Part shown: positions 1-12,775 of the stretch, piece by piece
Layout of the letters: every line of letters begins with the position of its first letter
How positions within the stretch are numbered: position 1 is the stretch's first letter
Origin: Mobula hypostoma
Taxonomy: Eukaryota
Length of the DNA: 64,000 nt
Assembly (NCBI RefSeq): GCF_963921235.1
Contig: NC_086108.1
Location: 36,644,001-36,708,000 of the forward strand
Direction: 5' to 3'
The notes under the pieces: generated by a model
The model's database searches: none
What the model was told of the DNA's origin: nothing
Seen by the model: only the letters and a program-made list of their open reading frames with translations
Made by a program: the position numbers and the translations under genes

Positions 1-756
1 AATGGTGGCCGATTAGGAAAAGGGGAGGTGCAACGAGACCTGGGTGTCATTATACACCAGTCATTGAAAGTGGGCATGCAGGTACAGCAGGCGGTGAAAA
101 AGGCGAATGGTATGCTGGCATTTATAGCGAGAGGATTTGAGTACAGGAGCAGGGAGGTACTACTGCAGTTGTACAAGGCCTTGGTGAGACCACACCTGGA
201 GTATTGTGTGCAGTTTTGGTCCCCTAATCTGAGGAAAGACATCTTTGCCATAGAGGGAGTACAAAGAAGGTTCACCAGATTGATTCCTGGGATGGCAGGT
301 CTTTCATATGAAGAAAGACTGGATGAACTGGGCTTGTACTCGTTGGAATTTAGAAGATTGAGGGGGGATCTGATTGAAACGTATAAGATCCTAAAGGGTT
401 TGGACAGGCTAGATGCGGGAAGATTGTTCCCGATGTTGGGGAGGTCTAGAACGAGGGGTCAAAGTTTGAGGATAGAGGGGAAGCCTTTTAGGACCGAGGT
501 TAGGAAAAACTTCTTCACACAGAGAGTGGTGAATCTGTGGAATTCTCTGCCACAGCAAACTGTTGAGGCCAGTTCATTAGCTATGTTTAAAAGGAAGTTA
601 GATATGGCCCTTGTGGCTACAGGGGTCAGGGGGTATGGAGGGAAGGCTGGGTTCTGAGTTGGATGATCAGCCATGATCATAATAAATGGCGGTGCAGGCT
701 CGAAGGGCCGAATGGCCTACTCCTGCACCTATTTTCTATGTTTCTATGTTTCTATG
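1..756 (+). mobile_element. Young CR1-clade LINE, 3' part of ORF2 plus 3'UTR and (TTCTATGT)n tail; continues upstream of the window
   Basis: ORF 28-657 has CR1 ORF2 C-terminal motifs (LYKALVRPHLEYCVQFWSP, RRLRGDLIETYKI, FFTQRVVNLWNSLP); octamer tail at 734-756; near-identical to 32702-33460 on the minus strand. Confidence 0.95.
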
Positions 757-1269
757 ATACTGTTCCCACCAAGCTGGCAATGCTACCTTGAATGCAGGAG
801 AGTGGCAGAGACTTGTGAATATATCCCTGAGAATGATGGGGACACATAATTTCCTTCATCTATTTACACCTACTTCTGTTCCCTAATTTGTCAAGTTTCT
901 AGTACTCTCAGAGCACTCATTTTCCAATCAGACTCCTAGATCCTGCACTTTATTGCTCTGTGATTCTGAGAGTAAAGCTTGCCTCATTCTTTGGAACAGC
1001 TACTTTGCCACCTTAGAGCATAAGGTGGGTGATGAGGAGGAGGAGTGTAAGGAAAAAAGTACTGTGAAAATCACTACTGCTGAAGTTGACATCAGCTTAG
1101 AAGCTGGCACTGAATTATTTAGAGGGAATGCAAGAGTGAGAGGCTACACATTACTTTTACAGGACAATGGACAAACAAAAAATCCTGCAGCACGAAGTGC
1201 CAGAGGGAAGCTGCTTGGTTTAACAAATCAAATGTTTTGTGCCTTGTAGAACTTCCTTGAAAGGTTAGT

Positions 1270-2260
1270 TGTGGTTGAAACACTGGTTGCGCTCACCCCA
1301 CCTTCCCGCCACCTTAATAGTGATCGAGCTCCTCCTGTCCTCACCTACCAGCCCACCCACCTCAGCATCCACCACATCATCCTCCACAGCTTCTGCAAGG
1401 GATCCTACCACTAAATATATCTTTACCTCCCTCACTCTGTTTTCTACTGGGATTGCTGCCTCCATGATTCCCCTGCCCATTCGTCCCTCTCCATTAATCT
1501 TCCGCACGGCACATATCCCTGTAAGCAGCCTAAGAACTACACCTGCCCATGCATCTCCTTCCTCACCCCCATTCTTGGCCCCAAACACTTCTTCCAGGTG
1601 AGGCAAAACTTCATCTGCAAATCTGTTGGGGCCAACTATTGTGTCCAGTGCTCTCAGTGTGGCCTTCACTATACTGGTGAGACCGTCGTAAATTGGGGGA
1701 CCGCTTCAACGAGTACCTCCACACCATCCGCCACAAGCGAGATTTCCTGGTTGCCAAACATTTTAATTCCGATTCCCATTCCCATTGAGATGTGTTGGTC
1801 CATGGCCTCCTTTTGTGAAAAGATGAGGCCACCCTCAGATTGGAGGAGTAGCACCTTATATTCCAGTTGGGTACCTTCCAACCTGATGGTATGAATATCG
1901 ATTTCTCTTTCCAGTAAACAAATTCCACCGCCCCCACCTTCCTTTATTCAGCACTCTGACCTTCTCAGCTGCCTATTACTTCCCTTACATCCCCTCCTCC
2001 TTCTTTTTCTCCTATGGTCCACTCTCCTCTCCTATCAGATTCCTTCTTTTCCAGCCCCTGACCTTTGCCACCCACTTGACTTCACCTATTACTTCCAGCT
2101 AACCTCCTTCCTCTCCCCATACCTTTGTATTCTGGCATCTACCCCCTTCCTTCTCAGTCCTGGATAAGGGTGGTGGCTCGAAACGTCAACAGGTTTTTCA
2201 TTTCCATAGATGTTGCCTGACCTGCTGAGTTCTAGTGTTTTGCTTTGGATTTTTATGCTT
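1270..2260 (+). mobile_element. Penelope-like element (Neptune-type) 3' fragment: degenerate GIY-YIG region, pyrimidine-rich 3' region and decayed hammerhead
   Basis: ORF 1598-1894 reads NYCVQCSQCGLHYTGET (GIY-YIG); homologous to 57291-58419; decayed AGTCCTG...GAAACGTCAAC near 2156-2190. Confidence 0.85.
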
Positions 2261-2609
2261 CTATTCCTTGATGCAAAGCCTGAGATCCATCCTCCTTGAG
2301 AAGTGTAAATATGTTGACTTGCACCTTTTGCCTCCACAAATGCTGTTTGATTTGTGAATTCTTCCCGCATTCTATTGTTGTCTGAGGTCACAGCATTTGC
2401 AGTCTCTTTTGTCTTTCACCTTTTGCCACCTTATAAAACACCGTTCAACATCAGATGACTAAGGTTTCAGCTCCATTTAATGGCAAAGTACAGCAATGGG
2501 AGTCTGGTCAGTTGCAATGGTAGGTTCTGGATTTCTCAGTATTAAAGAACCTTGTAGAGAATTTCAATGGCGCAAGAGTAGATCACTGGGTAAACTGCAG
2601 TAACCGAGG

Positions 2610-3246
2610 CAAGAGGAGAAGATGGCAGCGTGACGCAGCGCGTGCAGCTCTCCGGTGAAATGATATCGTATCTGCAAGTAGGACGCTGTGTACAATTCTG
2701 ATTTGATGAAGACATACGTGAGAAGCAGAGGAACATCTGGAGAAATTTCTGAAATGTCTGGTTCGCTGCCACTGCTACTGTGAGATTGAGAATCTCCGGA
2801 GGGAAGGCCCCAAAATCCCCGGCTTTGCCTGCTGCTGGTGACTGAGGCTGAGGTCGAAGTGTTCGGATAGAGATGGTGCTAGGTACTTGGTGTCGGAGGG
2901 CTGATCAGAGCTCGAAGTTTTCGGACGACTCAGAGTCGAACTGTGGTCGGGCATGGCAGGGAGAGTTTTCTTCCTTCTCCTGTCTGGATGAGATGTGGGA
3001 CTTTCGAGAGACTTTGAACTTTTTTACTGTGCCATGGCCTGTTCTTCATCAAGTTATGGTATTGTTGCACTGTTGTAACTATATGTTATAATTATGTGGT
3101 TTTTGTTAGTTTTTCAGTCTTGGTCTGTCCTGTGTTTCTGTGATATCATACCGGAGGAATATTGTATCATTTCTTAATGCATGCATTACTAAATGACAAT
3201 AAAAGAGGACTGCGTGTCCTCATAATCTAATCTATTCTAATCTAAT
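2610..3246 (+). mobile_element. Non-autonomous non-coding retroelement, family A (about 640 bp)
   Basis: Starts AAGATGGCAGCG; ends AATAAAA-GAGGACtgcgtGTCCTC-(ATAATCT/AATCT)n; homologous copy on the minus strand at 42568-43250. Confidence 0.75.
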
Positions 3247-3651
3247 AGGGTAGGGATTGTGGTATATGATCTCTGTATAGCTGTGTTACTGCTCTCTTCT
3301 CTAAAGTCTGTCATTGCCTGTGATGAGAGAATGCCTTCCTACTGGGTCATTGCAACCCACAGACTCCGGTTTTGCTTCAGATGTCTAGTGTGAAATGAAT
3401 ACAGTAAATAGAACAAAATAACAGTGCTGACATTCTTTTTATACATTTTGTGTTTGGAGTCTGGGAGTCATAGGTGAGTACTTTCAGATGGTATAGTATG
3501 CAGGTGCCAGTAGTGGCTCATTGTGAATTGCCATTCCTTCCACATTAATAGTTGTGGGTTCAAATCCAACACTAGGGATTTGTGTACAAAACTCTCAGGT
3601 AAAACTCCGATGCAAAAGATCTTGCATTTTAAAGATTAAACAGGCCCTCAA

Positions 3652-5738
3652 ACATGAGAAAGTCTGAAAATGCTGGAAATCCAAAGTGACATATGCAAAA
3701 TGCTGGAGGAACTCAGCAGGCCAGGCAGCATCTATGGAAAACAGTAAACGGTCAATGTTTCAGGCTGAAACGCTTCTTCAGGACTGGGAAGGAAAGGGAG
3801 AAGTCAGAGTAAGAAGGCGGAGGGAGGGGAGGAAGAAGTACAAGCTGGTAGGTGATAGGTGAAACTAGAAGAGGGGGAGGGGTGAAATACAGAGCTGGGA
3901 GGTTGATTGGTCAAAGAGATACAGGGCTGGAGAAGGAGATAGGAGAGGGTAGAAGGCCATGGAAGAAAGGGAAGGGGGAAGAGCATCAGAGGAAGGTGAT
4001 AGGCAGGTAAGGAGGTAAGGTGAGAGAGGGAAACAGGAATGGGAATGGTGAAGGAAACAGTGAGGGGAGCAATTACTGGAATTTCAAGAAATCGATGTTC
4101 ATGCCATCAGGTTGGAGGCTACCCAGATGGAATATGATGTGTTGCTATTCCAACCTGAGTGTGGCCTCTTTGCAGCAGTAGATGAGGCCATGGATTGACA
4201 AGATAGGCCAAAGCCAGCATGGTTTCCTGGAAGGAAAATTCTGTCTGACAAACCTACTGCAATTCTTTGAGGAAATTACAAGCAGGGTAGACAAAGGAGA
4301 TACAGTAGACATGGTGTACTTTGATTTTCAGAAGGCCTTTGACAAGGTGCCACACATGAGGCTGCTTAACAAGATAGGAGTCCATGGAATTCCAGGGAAG
4401 TTACTAGCGTGGGTGGAGCATTGACTGGTCGGCAGAAAACAGAGTGTGGGAATGAAGGGATCCTATTGTGACTGGCTGCCAGTTACCAGTGGAGTTCCAC
4501 AGGGGTCAGTGTTGGGACTGCTGCTTTTTACAATGTATGTTAGTGATTTGGACGACGCTATTGATGGATTTGTGACTGAAGTTGCTGATGATACAATGAT
4601 GGGTGGAAGAGTGGGTAGTGTTGAGGAAACAGAGAGCCTGCCGAGAGACTTAGATAGTTTAGAGGAATGGACAAAGAAGTGGCAAATGAAATATAATGTT
4701 GGAAAGTGTATGGTTATGCACTTTGGTGGAAGAAGTAAACGGGCAGACTATTATTTAGATGGAGAGAGAATTCAAAGTGCAGAGATGCAAAGGGACTTGG
4801 GAGTCCTTGTGCAAGATACCTTAAAGGTTAACCTCCAGGTCGAGTCAGTTGTGAAGAAGGCAAATGCAATGTTGGCATTCATTTCTATAGAATATAAGAG
4901 CAGGTATGTGATGTTGAGGCTCTTTAAGGCACTCATGAGACCACACTCAGAGTATTGTGTGCAGTTTTGGGCTCCTTATTTAGAAAGGATATACTGACAT
5001 TGGAGAGGGTTCAGAGAAGATTCACAAGAATGATTCCAGGAATGAAAGGGTTACCGTATGAGGAACGTCTGGCAGCTCTTGGGCTGTATTCCTTAGAGTT
5101 CAGGAGAATGAGGGGGGAATCTCATAGAAACATTCTGAATGTTAAAAGATTAGATATGGCAAAGTTATTTCCCATGGTAGGGTATTCTAGGACAAGAGGA
5201 CATGACTTCAGGATTGAAAGACGTCCACTTAGAACAGTGATGCAGAGAAATCACTTTAGTTAGAGGGTGGTAAATCTGTGGAACTGGTTGCCATGAGCGG
5301 CTGTGGAGGCCAAGTCTTTGGGCGTATTTAAGGCAGAGATAGATATGTTCTGGGTTAGCCAGGGCATCAAAAGGGTATTGAGTGAAGAAAGGAGAGTGGG
5401 AATGACTGGAAGAATTGGATCAGCCCATGAATGAATGGCAGAGCAGACTCGATGGGCGGAGTGGCCCACTTCTCCTATATCTTATAGTCTTATGGTCTAT
5501 TGTCAGAATGGGAACGGGAAGTGGAATTAAAATATGTGGTTACAGGGAGATCCTGTTTTTTGGGAAGATGGCGCATAGGTGCTCGGCGAAGCAGTCTCCC
5601 AATCTACGTCAGGTCTCACCAATATATAAGGAGGCCACACTGGAAGCTCCAGATACAGTAGGTGACCCCAACAGACTCTCAGGTGAAGTGTCGCCTCACC
5701 TGGAAGGACTGTTTGGAGTACTGAATGGTAGTGAGGAG
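3652..5738 (-). mobile_element. Penelope-like fragment (GIY-YIG region plus 3' tail with decayed hammerhead), interrupted by a CR1 at about 4197-5500
   Basis: 3652-4197 and 5501-5738 join into continuous Penelope sequence (…ccatggattgaca|tgtcagaatggg…), homologous to 55860-56620. Confidence 0.85.
4197..5500 (+). mobile_element. 5'-truncated degenerate CR1 LINE (RT domain to 3' tail)
   Basis: ORFs 4182-4424, 4446-4997 and 4955-5263 carry [25 protein letters not shown] and ADDT motifs; tail TCTTATAG/TCTTATGG. Confidence 0.92.
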
Positions 5739-5742
5739 GGAG

Positions 5743-5838
5743 CTAGTCCTGAAAAAGGGTCTCCCAAAACGTTGACTGTTTATTCTTTTCCATAGATGCT
5801 GCCTGGCTTGCTAAGTTTCTCTAGCATTTTGTGTGTGT
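5743..5838 (+). mobile_element. Penelope pLTR tail with decayed hammerhead, inverted relative to 3652-5738
   Basis: AGTCCTGAAAAAGGGTCTCCCAAAACGTTGACT followed by GATGCTGCCTGGCTTGCT…CAGCATTTTGTGTGTG. Confidence 0.75.
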
Positions 5839-7469
5839 TAAAGAGATCCTGTTTGCTTCCTCAAGGAGATGCAAATGATGGCCTGAATTCCCTCTATTTC
5901 TCTAGCTTCTGCTTACTAACTCTACCACCTTCCCTCATTCTCCCCACCACCACACCAGCTAACATCCAAAGTAGATGACCTGATCATTATTTATTTGTTA
6001 TTTGAAGAGTCTGCTTTTTACAAATTAGCTGCATTTCCTATATTACAACTGCGACTGTGGTTCCAATGTACTTTATTTGGACTTTATATTGAAAATTCCA
6101 ATGCAGATCACCTTCTTACTGTGGATTAGTAGTGCATAACACAGGCAGCTGTCCGTATACGCAATTGAGCCTACTGCCATGGTCACAGCTAATCACCACA
6201 TTCTCATTTCCAATTCCAGAAAAATACCTATGTACGTACATATACACGTGGAGATTTTCTCTGATGAAAATACTGCTATTTTAAGAGATCACAGCAAGAT
6301 GCAGGTGCAGTAACAGCACCAGTGTTGGAGATATTGAATTCAACATATTCAATAACAAGAATTCTATCGCAAACAACAAACTGCAGAAGACTTACTTTCG
6401 ACACTTTCCGCAGTTGTTTCTACTTCCTTTGTTTGCATTACTGTTACAATTCTACTGTCAGAATAAAGTGATCTTTTTACGTGCTTTTTACATCAAGGGT
6501 TCAAAGGTTCATTTTATTTTCAAAGTATGCATGTACAATACAACTCTGACATTCGTCTTCTCCAGATAGCCATGAAATACAGGAAAACCATGGGGGTTGT
6601 TGAAAGAAAAAAAAATTAGCTTCCCTTCCCCACCACATGAAAAAGAAAAATAAACAAAACTTACAACCCCTCCCTCCATTGCACAAAAACTAACAGATCG
6701 CCCACACAGAAAACGGCATCTGGAACATCAACCCCCAAACCCCTAACCCCTTCTCTCACAAAAAAACTAATAGATCGCCCATGTGGAAAACGATGGCTAG
6801 ACATCTTCCATAGGCTTATTAAATATACTGATTTCTTTATCTCCAAGTATTCTGAATTTCAAATTGTTTCTGCTTTCCTCTGAAGCTCTCAAATTCTCGT
6901 TTTCCCTTTGCTTCTTTCGCTTTGAACTGGATTAATAATGGGTTGGCCTACTCTCCAGCTTCAGTTCTAACTAGGACTCAATGCAGCACATGCTGTTAAT
7001 CTATCTTTTCTCTTTTCACACCTCAGCGGACCTGCAGTATGCCTGCAGTGTTTTCTGGGGTTATTTCACAGAACTCTATCAACCATTGATGCAGATCAGA
7101 ACTACTGAAGCTACACTTTATCAAGTGCGAAAACCTGAGACCTGGTCCACCTGCAGTGCACAGGCTGTTGCTTTTTTTTCATCATGACTTATTTATGAAT
7201 TGCTGGCTTTCCTGCCAAGGCCTGTATTTATTGTCCATTCCTAATTGCTCTTGAGAAGTTGGGGGTGAGCTACACTTCTGAATCGCTGCAGTCCTTCTGG
7301 TGAATGTACTCTGAAAAAATGTTCTCAGCCAAATGGTTCCAGGATTTAGTCCTGAGAGTAATGAAAGAATAACAATACATGTCAACGTCAGGATGGTGTG
7401 CACTGGGAGGGAATCCGCAGGGGCTAGTTGTCCCTTTGGTTGGCTCCCTTTATGTTCCTTGGTGGTAGA

Positions 7470-8305
7470 GAGGTCAAAGTCGAAAGTACATTTATTATCA
7501 AAGTACGTGTATGTTATATTATACTACCTTAAAATTCTTGGAGGTTTCTACAGAGAAAAAAAATAATAGAAACTAAAAAAAACTACACAAACTGACAAAT
7601 CCTGACAAAAAAAAAACAATGTGCCAAAGAAGCCAGACTGTGCAAATAAAAATTAATACTGAAAGCATGAGTTATAAAGAGTCCTAGAAAGCGAGTCTTT
7701 GGTTGTGGAGCCATATCAGCATAGTGCTGAATGAAGTTATCCATGCTGGTTCAGGAGTCTGAAGTTTAGAGGGTGATAACTATTCCTAAACCTGGTTGTG
7801 TGGACGCCATTACTTCCTGCAAGAAGAGAGCAAGGCCTGGATGGTGGTGCTCTTTGACGATGGATGCTGCCTTCCTGTGGCAGTGCTCCATGGAAATGTA
7901 CTCACTGGTGGGGAAGGCATTGCCTGTGCCGGACTCAGCTGTATCCACCACTTTCTGCAGCCTTTTCCATTCCTGGGCATTCTTGTTTCCATACTAGGCC
8001 ATAATGCAACCAGTTAAGATTGTGAATTTATAGAAGTTTGTCAATTTTTAGATTACCTTCTAAAAAAGTGCAGGTGCCATTGTGTCTTCATTGAGATGAC
8101 ACTTGTGTGCTGGTCCCAGGACAGGACCTCTCATATGGTAATGCAAATTTAAAGCAATGGCCCTCTCCACCTCTGTTCCCTCTGGAGTAGTGGCTCATGG
8201 ACCTCTGGCTTCTTCCTTCTGTAATCGATAATTTTGCTGAAGTTGAATGAGGGGTCTGTTGTTGTGGCACCACTCAATCAGATTTTCAATCTCCCTCCTA
8301 TATGG
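7470..8305 (-). mobile_element. Rex1/Babar LINE 3' fragment
   Basis: Minus ORF 7766-7951 reads HCHRKAASIVKEHHHPGLALF, matching the Rex1 C-terminus at 13957-14322; 3'UTR resembles 38530-38765. Confidence 0.75.
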
Positions 8306-10862
8306 GTTTAGACCCTACTTTGGTTGAGGGTTTGGAACAAAGAACCTGCATAGCCTGGGTGAGTAACCACAATTTATTTTGTAGACATTACACATTGCAG
8401 CCTCAAGTGTAGCCAGAATGAATTGCGCACATTCATCAAAAAAAGATCTGTAGATGGACAGAACTTATTGTTCTCTTCTTTTCCATTGCTGTGGAATCTC
8501 CTGCAGCATAGTATTCAAAATTTCTTTTGTTCCAATCTATATGAAATAAAACACAATTTAAAGCGAACTAGCAACACATTCAGAGCTGCTAGAGATCGAT
8601 TTATGACTATTGTGTTGCTCCTGTGTTTTGGAGCTTGGAATGGCTCTATTTCCTCTGCACTTGGACGATGGAGGTTCGAGGAACGATCCAGGAGGTAACA
8701 ATGATTATATCCAGTGCAGTACTTATTTCCTCAGAGATGTAAGTTTATGGATGATCTATTAAATTTAGACCTCCCCTTCCAGCTCAGTTGAGCTTGAAAG
8801 AGCATCTATCAGCATTCAGTGAGGGTTATGGAGGTCCCCAATTCCCATGCTATTGGCTATTCTTTGATCACTGATAACAAAAGCAGGTTGGCCGGGTCTT
8901 AGGATTCATATTAATTTACAGGATATTCCTAGAAAAGTGCACTGTCTGCACTTTGGAAGTAGTTCCGTGGCAAGGATACATATTCTGTTGCAGGTGTGAA
9001 ATTTTAAAGTTTATAATTCAAAGCTAATGAGAGATATTTCACTGAAGAAATTTCCCATGTCAAAAGTATTTTCCTTTCTCTCAGCATTTCCGAAGTGAGC
9101 ATAACTGTGGGGAAAGGGACAATTAACTGTACAGTGTAGTGCTAACCACAAATGCATTCCCCTGATATGTCAGAACTCCATCAACTACCTCACAGCTGTA
9201 CTTTGGAGGCTGTTGTTTCCAAGCCTTTCAGTTTACTGGTAGCTCTGCACAAGGACTGGTGACCTCACAGACTTGCACAGAATCTCATCTGTGCTCAGAA
9301 ATATTAACAATGCTCTTAACAAAGATAATCTTTTGTTCTCAAAACATCCTTTCTGGTTATTATTTTTATTTTGCTGTCTTCCAAATTAGCTTCCTTGTTA
9401 ATTTCACTAATCCTGCCCCAGGGTTTATCTCATAGCTGAGGATAAACTTACTTTCCCCAAACTTCCTTCCTTCATGAGTGTCTGTAGCAGTTGGAGGATA
9501 TTTATCCCTTTTCTCAGTTTGTTTTCTTTTGCCTCTGTTTCCAGCCTTGAGCTTTTTCACAGTTTAACAGCACCACCATTGTGCTCAATTCAATTTAAAA
9601 TCAAATTTTGGTGGGAGAAGTCACAGGAATTGTGTGATGCTTGAAAAGCATCTGCTAAAACAAAAATTGATGGAGGGTTGGGTCATACAACTCCACAAAA
9701 CTGAGTGAGACCACTTGGCAGTGACACAGGAAGCCCAGGGCATTCATTTACCACATCTGCACAAACACTGCTACACAAAACAAGCGCTGTATGCTGCCTG
9801 ACATTTCTGCAAATGCCCATTGTCCATTTTATGAACAGATAACTGGGCTATAGCAAATTAAGGTAGTGATCAGATATTTAAATTTTCTTCACTTTTGCTT
9901 TGCGCTACACAATTGAAATAATAGGTGAGGATATTTCTGGCATAAATTACTCATTGTCACTGAATGTAATGCAATTATCCACTTTAGTAGTTTTCAGTGA
10001 ACATTTAAAAATGATCTTTAAATATTCATCTCCTGAGCTTCCTTTCATGTCAATTTGGTTGAACAGCTGAGTCTGGCAATTTTTTTCAGACTGTTGCCTT
10101 TAAAATCCGATGAACTGCATTTCTACTTCGGTTGTGAATATGATTCACATGTGACAATTGAGATATTGGTAAGATGCTTGCGGTATATTGGGAGGTGGCC
10201 TATGCAGAGAGGGTGAATACTTAACAAAATGAGCTCAAGGAGACACTGGAAGCTTCAAAATACATGCTAAATTTCCCTGGTGTGTTTATGATTGAGTCAC
10301 AATCATTTTTATGAATTAAAAACACATCACATTTTTTGAGAGATAGTTTTACCTATATCAGACATTAATAAGTTCAGCTTACTGACTGCCTTTCTCAGAC
10401 TCTTGAATTTTGTTAAGTGTTTGGATCCCTGACAGTCTTTGTTGTTATTTTTTAACCTCAAGATTGTGTGATATGCTGACTCATCTCAGTGTTAACATGT
10501 GTCGGTGGCTGATTCTATACCCACTTGTGGAAATAATTCATCAGGACTTATTTCTCAAGTATGTCTGGAATGTCCTTCACTGAAATCATTTGGACATCTT
10601 GGATACTTCTGAATTTTCCTTACGGACTTATGGTCTTCCTCCAGTTTATATGGGATATGATTTTTTTTGTAATTTATTTTTTTATTGAAGTTCATCATCA
10701 GACAAACATTTCCATAAGATGTATTTCAGATACTGTACATATATATCATATAATCATATTTGTCACAAATCTGCAGGCTTGCAATACCTCACCAACGTCC
10801 TGCTTCTATGTACACACCAGAGACTCAGCAGATACTGGAAAGCCAGAGTAAAAAAAAATTGG

Positions 10863-12775
10863 ATAGACAATAGACAATAGACAATAGGTGCAGAAGTAGA
10901 CCATTTGGCCCTTTGAGCCTGCACCGCCATTCTGAGATCATGGCTGATCATCTACTATCAATACCCGGTTCCTGCCTTGTCCTCATAACCCTTGATTCCC
11001 CTTTCCATAAGATACCTATCTAGCTCCTTCTTGAAAGCAGCGCATTCCACACCTCCACAACTCTCTGGGAGAAGAAGTTCATCCTCAACTCTGTCCTAAA
11101 TGACCTATCCCTTATTCTTAAACCATGCCTTCTGGTACTGGACTCTCCCAGCATCTGGAACATATTTCCTGCCTCTATCTTGTCCAATCCCTTAATAATC
11201 TTATATGTCTCAATCAGATCCCCCCTCAATCTCCTCAATTCCAGTGTGTACAAGCCCAGTCTCTCTAACCTCTCTGCGTAAGGCAGTCCGGACATCCCAG
11301 GAATTAACCTAGTGAACCCACGCTGCACCTCCTCCACAGCTAGGATGTCCTTCCTTAACCCTGGAGACCAAAACTGCACACAATACTCCAGGTGTGGTCT
11401 CACCAGGGCCCTGTACAAATGCAAAAGGATTTCCTTGCTCTTGTACTCAATTCCCTTTGTAATAAAGGCCAACATTCCATTAGCCTTCTTCACTGCCTGC
11501 TGCACTTGCTCATTCACCTTCAGAGACTGATGAACAAGTACTCCTAGATCTCTTTGTATTTCTCCCTTACCTAACACCACACCGTTCAGATAATAATCTG
11601 CCTTCCTGTTCTTGCTCCCAAAGTGAATAACCTCACACTTATTCACATTAAACGCCATCTGCCAAGTTTCTGCCCACTCACCCAGCCTATCCAAGTCACC
11701 TTGAGTTCTACTGCCACCCAGCTTAGTATCATCAGCAAATTTGCTGATGTTATTCACAATGCCTTCCTCTAAATCATTGACGTAAATCGTAAACAGCTGT
11801 GGTCCCAATACCGAGCCCTGTGGCACCCCACTAGTCACCACTGCCATTTCGAGAAACACCCATTCACTGCTACCCTTTGCTTTCTATCTGCCAACCAGTT
11901 TTCTATCCATGTCAATATCCTCCCCCCAATGCCATGAACTCTGATTTTACCCACCAATCTCCTATGTGGTACCTTATCAAATGCGTTCTGAAAGTCAAGG
12001 TACACCACATCCATTGGATCTCCCGCGTCTATCTTCCTGGTTACATCCTCGAAAAACTCCAATAGATTAGTCAAGCATGATTTGCCCTTGGCAAATCCAT
12101 GCTGGCTCGGCCCAATCTTATCACTGCTATCAAGATATGCTGCTATTTCATCTTTAATAATGGACTCTAGCATCTTCCCCACTACTGATGTTAGGCTAAC
12201 AGGGCAATAGTTCTCTGTTTTCTCCCTCCCTCCTTTCTTAAAAAGTGGGATAACATTAGCCATTCGCCAATCCTCAGGAACTGATCCTGAATCTAAGGAA
12301 CATTGGAAAATGATCACCAATGCATCTGCAATTTCCAGAGCCACCTCCTTTAGTACCCTAGGATGCAGACCATCTGGACCTGGGGACTTGTTAGCCTTCA
12401 GTCCCATCAGTCTACTCATCACCGTTTCCTTCCTAATGTCAATCTGTTTCAGTTCCTCTGTTACCCTATGTCTTTGGCCCATCCATATATCTGGGAGATT
12501 GCTTGTGTCTTCCCTAGTGAAGACAGATCCAAAGTACTTATTAAATTCGTCTGCCATTTCTCTGTTTCCCATAACAATTTTTCCCAATTCATTCTTCAAG
12601 GGCCCAACATTGTTCTTAACTATCTTCCTTCTCTTCACATACCTAAAAAAAACTTTTGCTATCCTCCTTTATATTCCTAGCTAGCTTGCGTTCATACCTC
12701 ATTTTCTCTCCCCGTATTGCCTTTTTAGTTAAGTTCCGTTGCTCCTTAAAATTTTCCCAATCATCCGTCTTCCCA
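10863..12775 (-). mobile_element. 5'-truncated CR1 LINE (frameshifted ORF2)
   Basis: ORFs 11835-12638 and 11020-11859 carry [30 protein letters not shown] and KFADDTKL; (CTATTGT)n tail at 10863-10887. Confidence 0.95.

Noticed and set aside
953..1249. 98-aa ORF with an acidic stretch as a host exon
   Set aside because: No recognisable domain, non-ATG start and no convincing splice pair.
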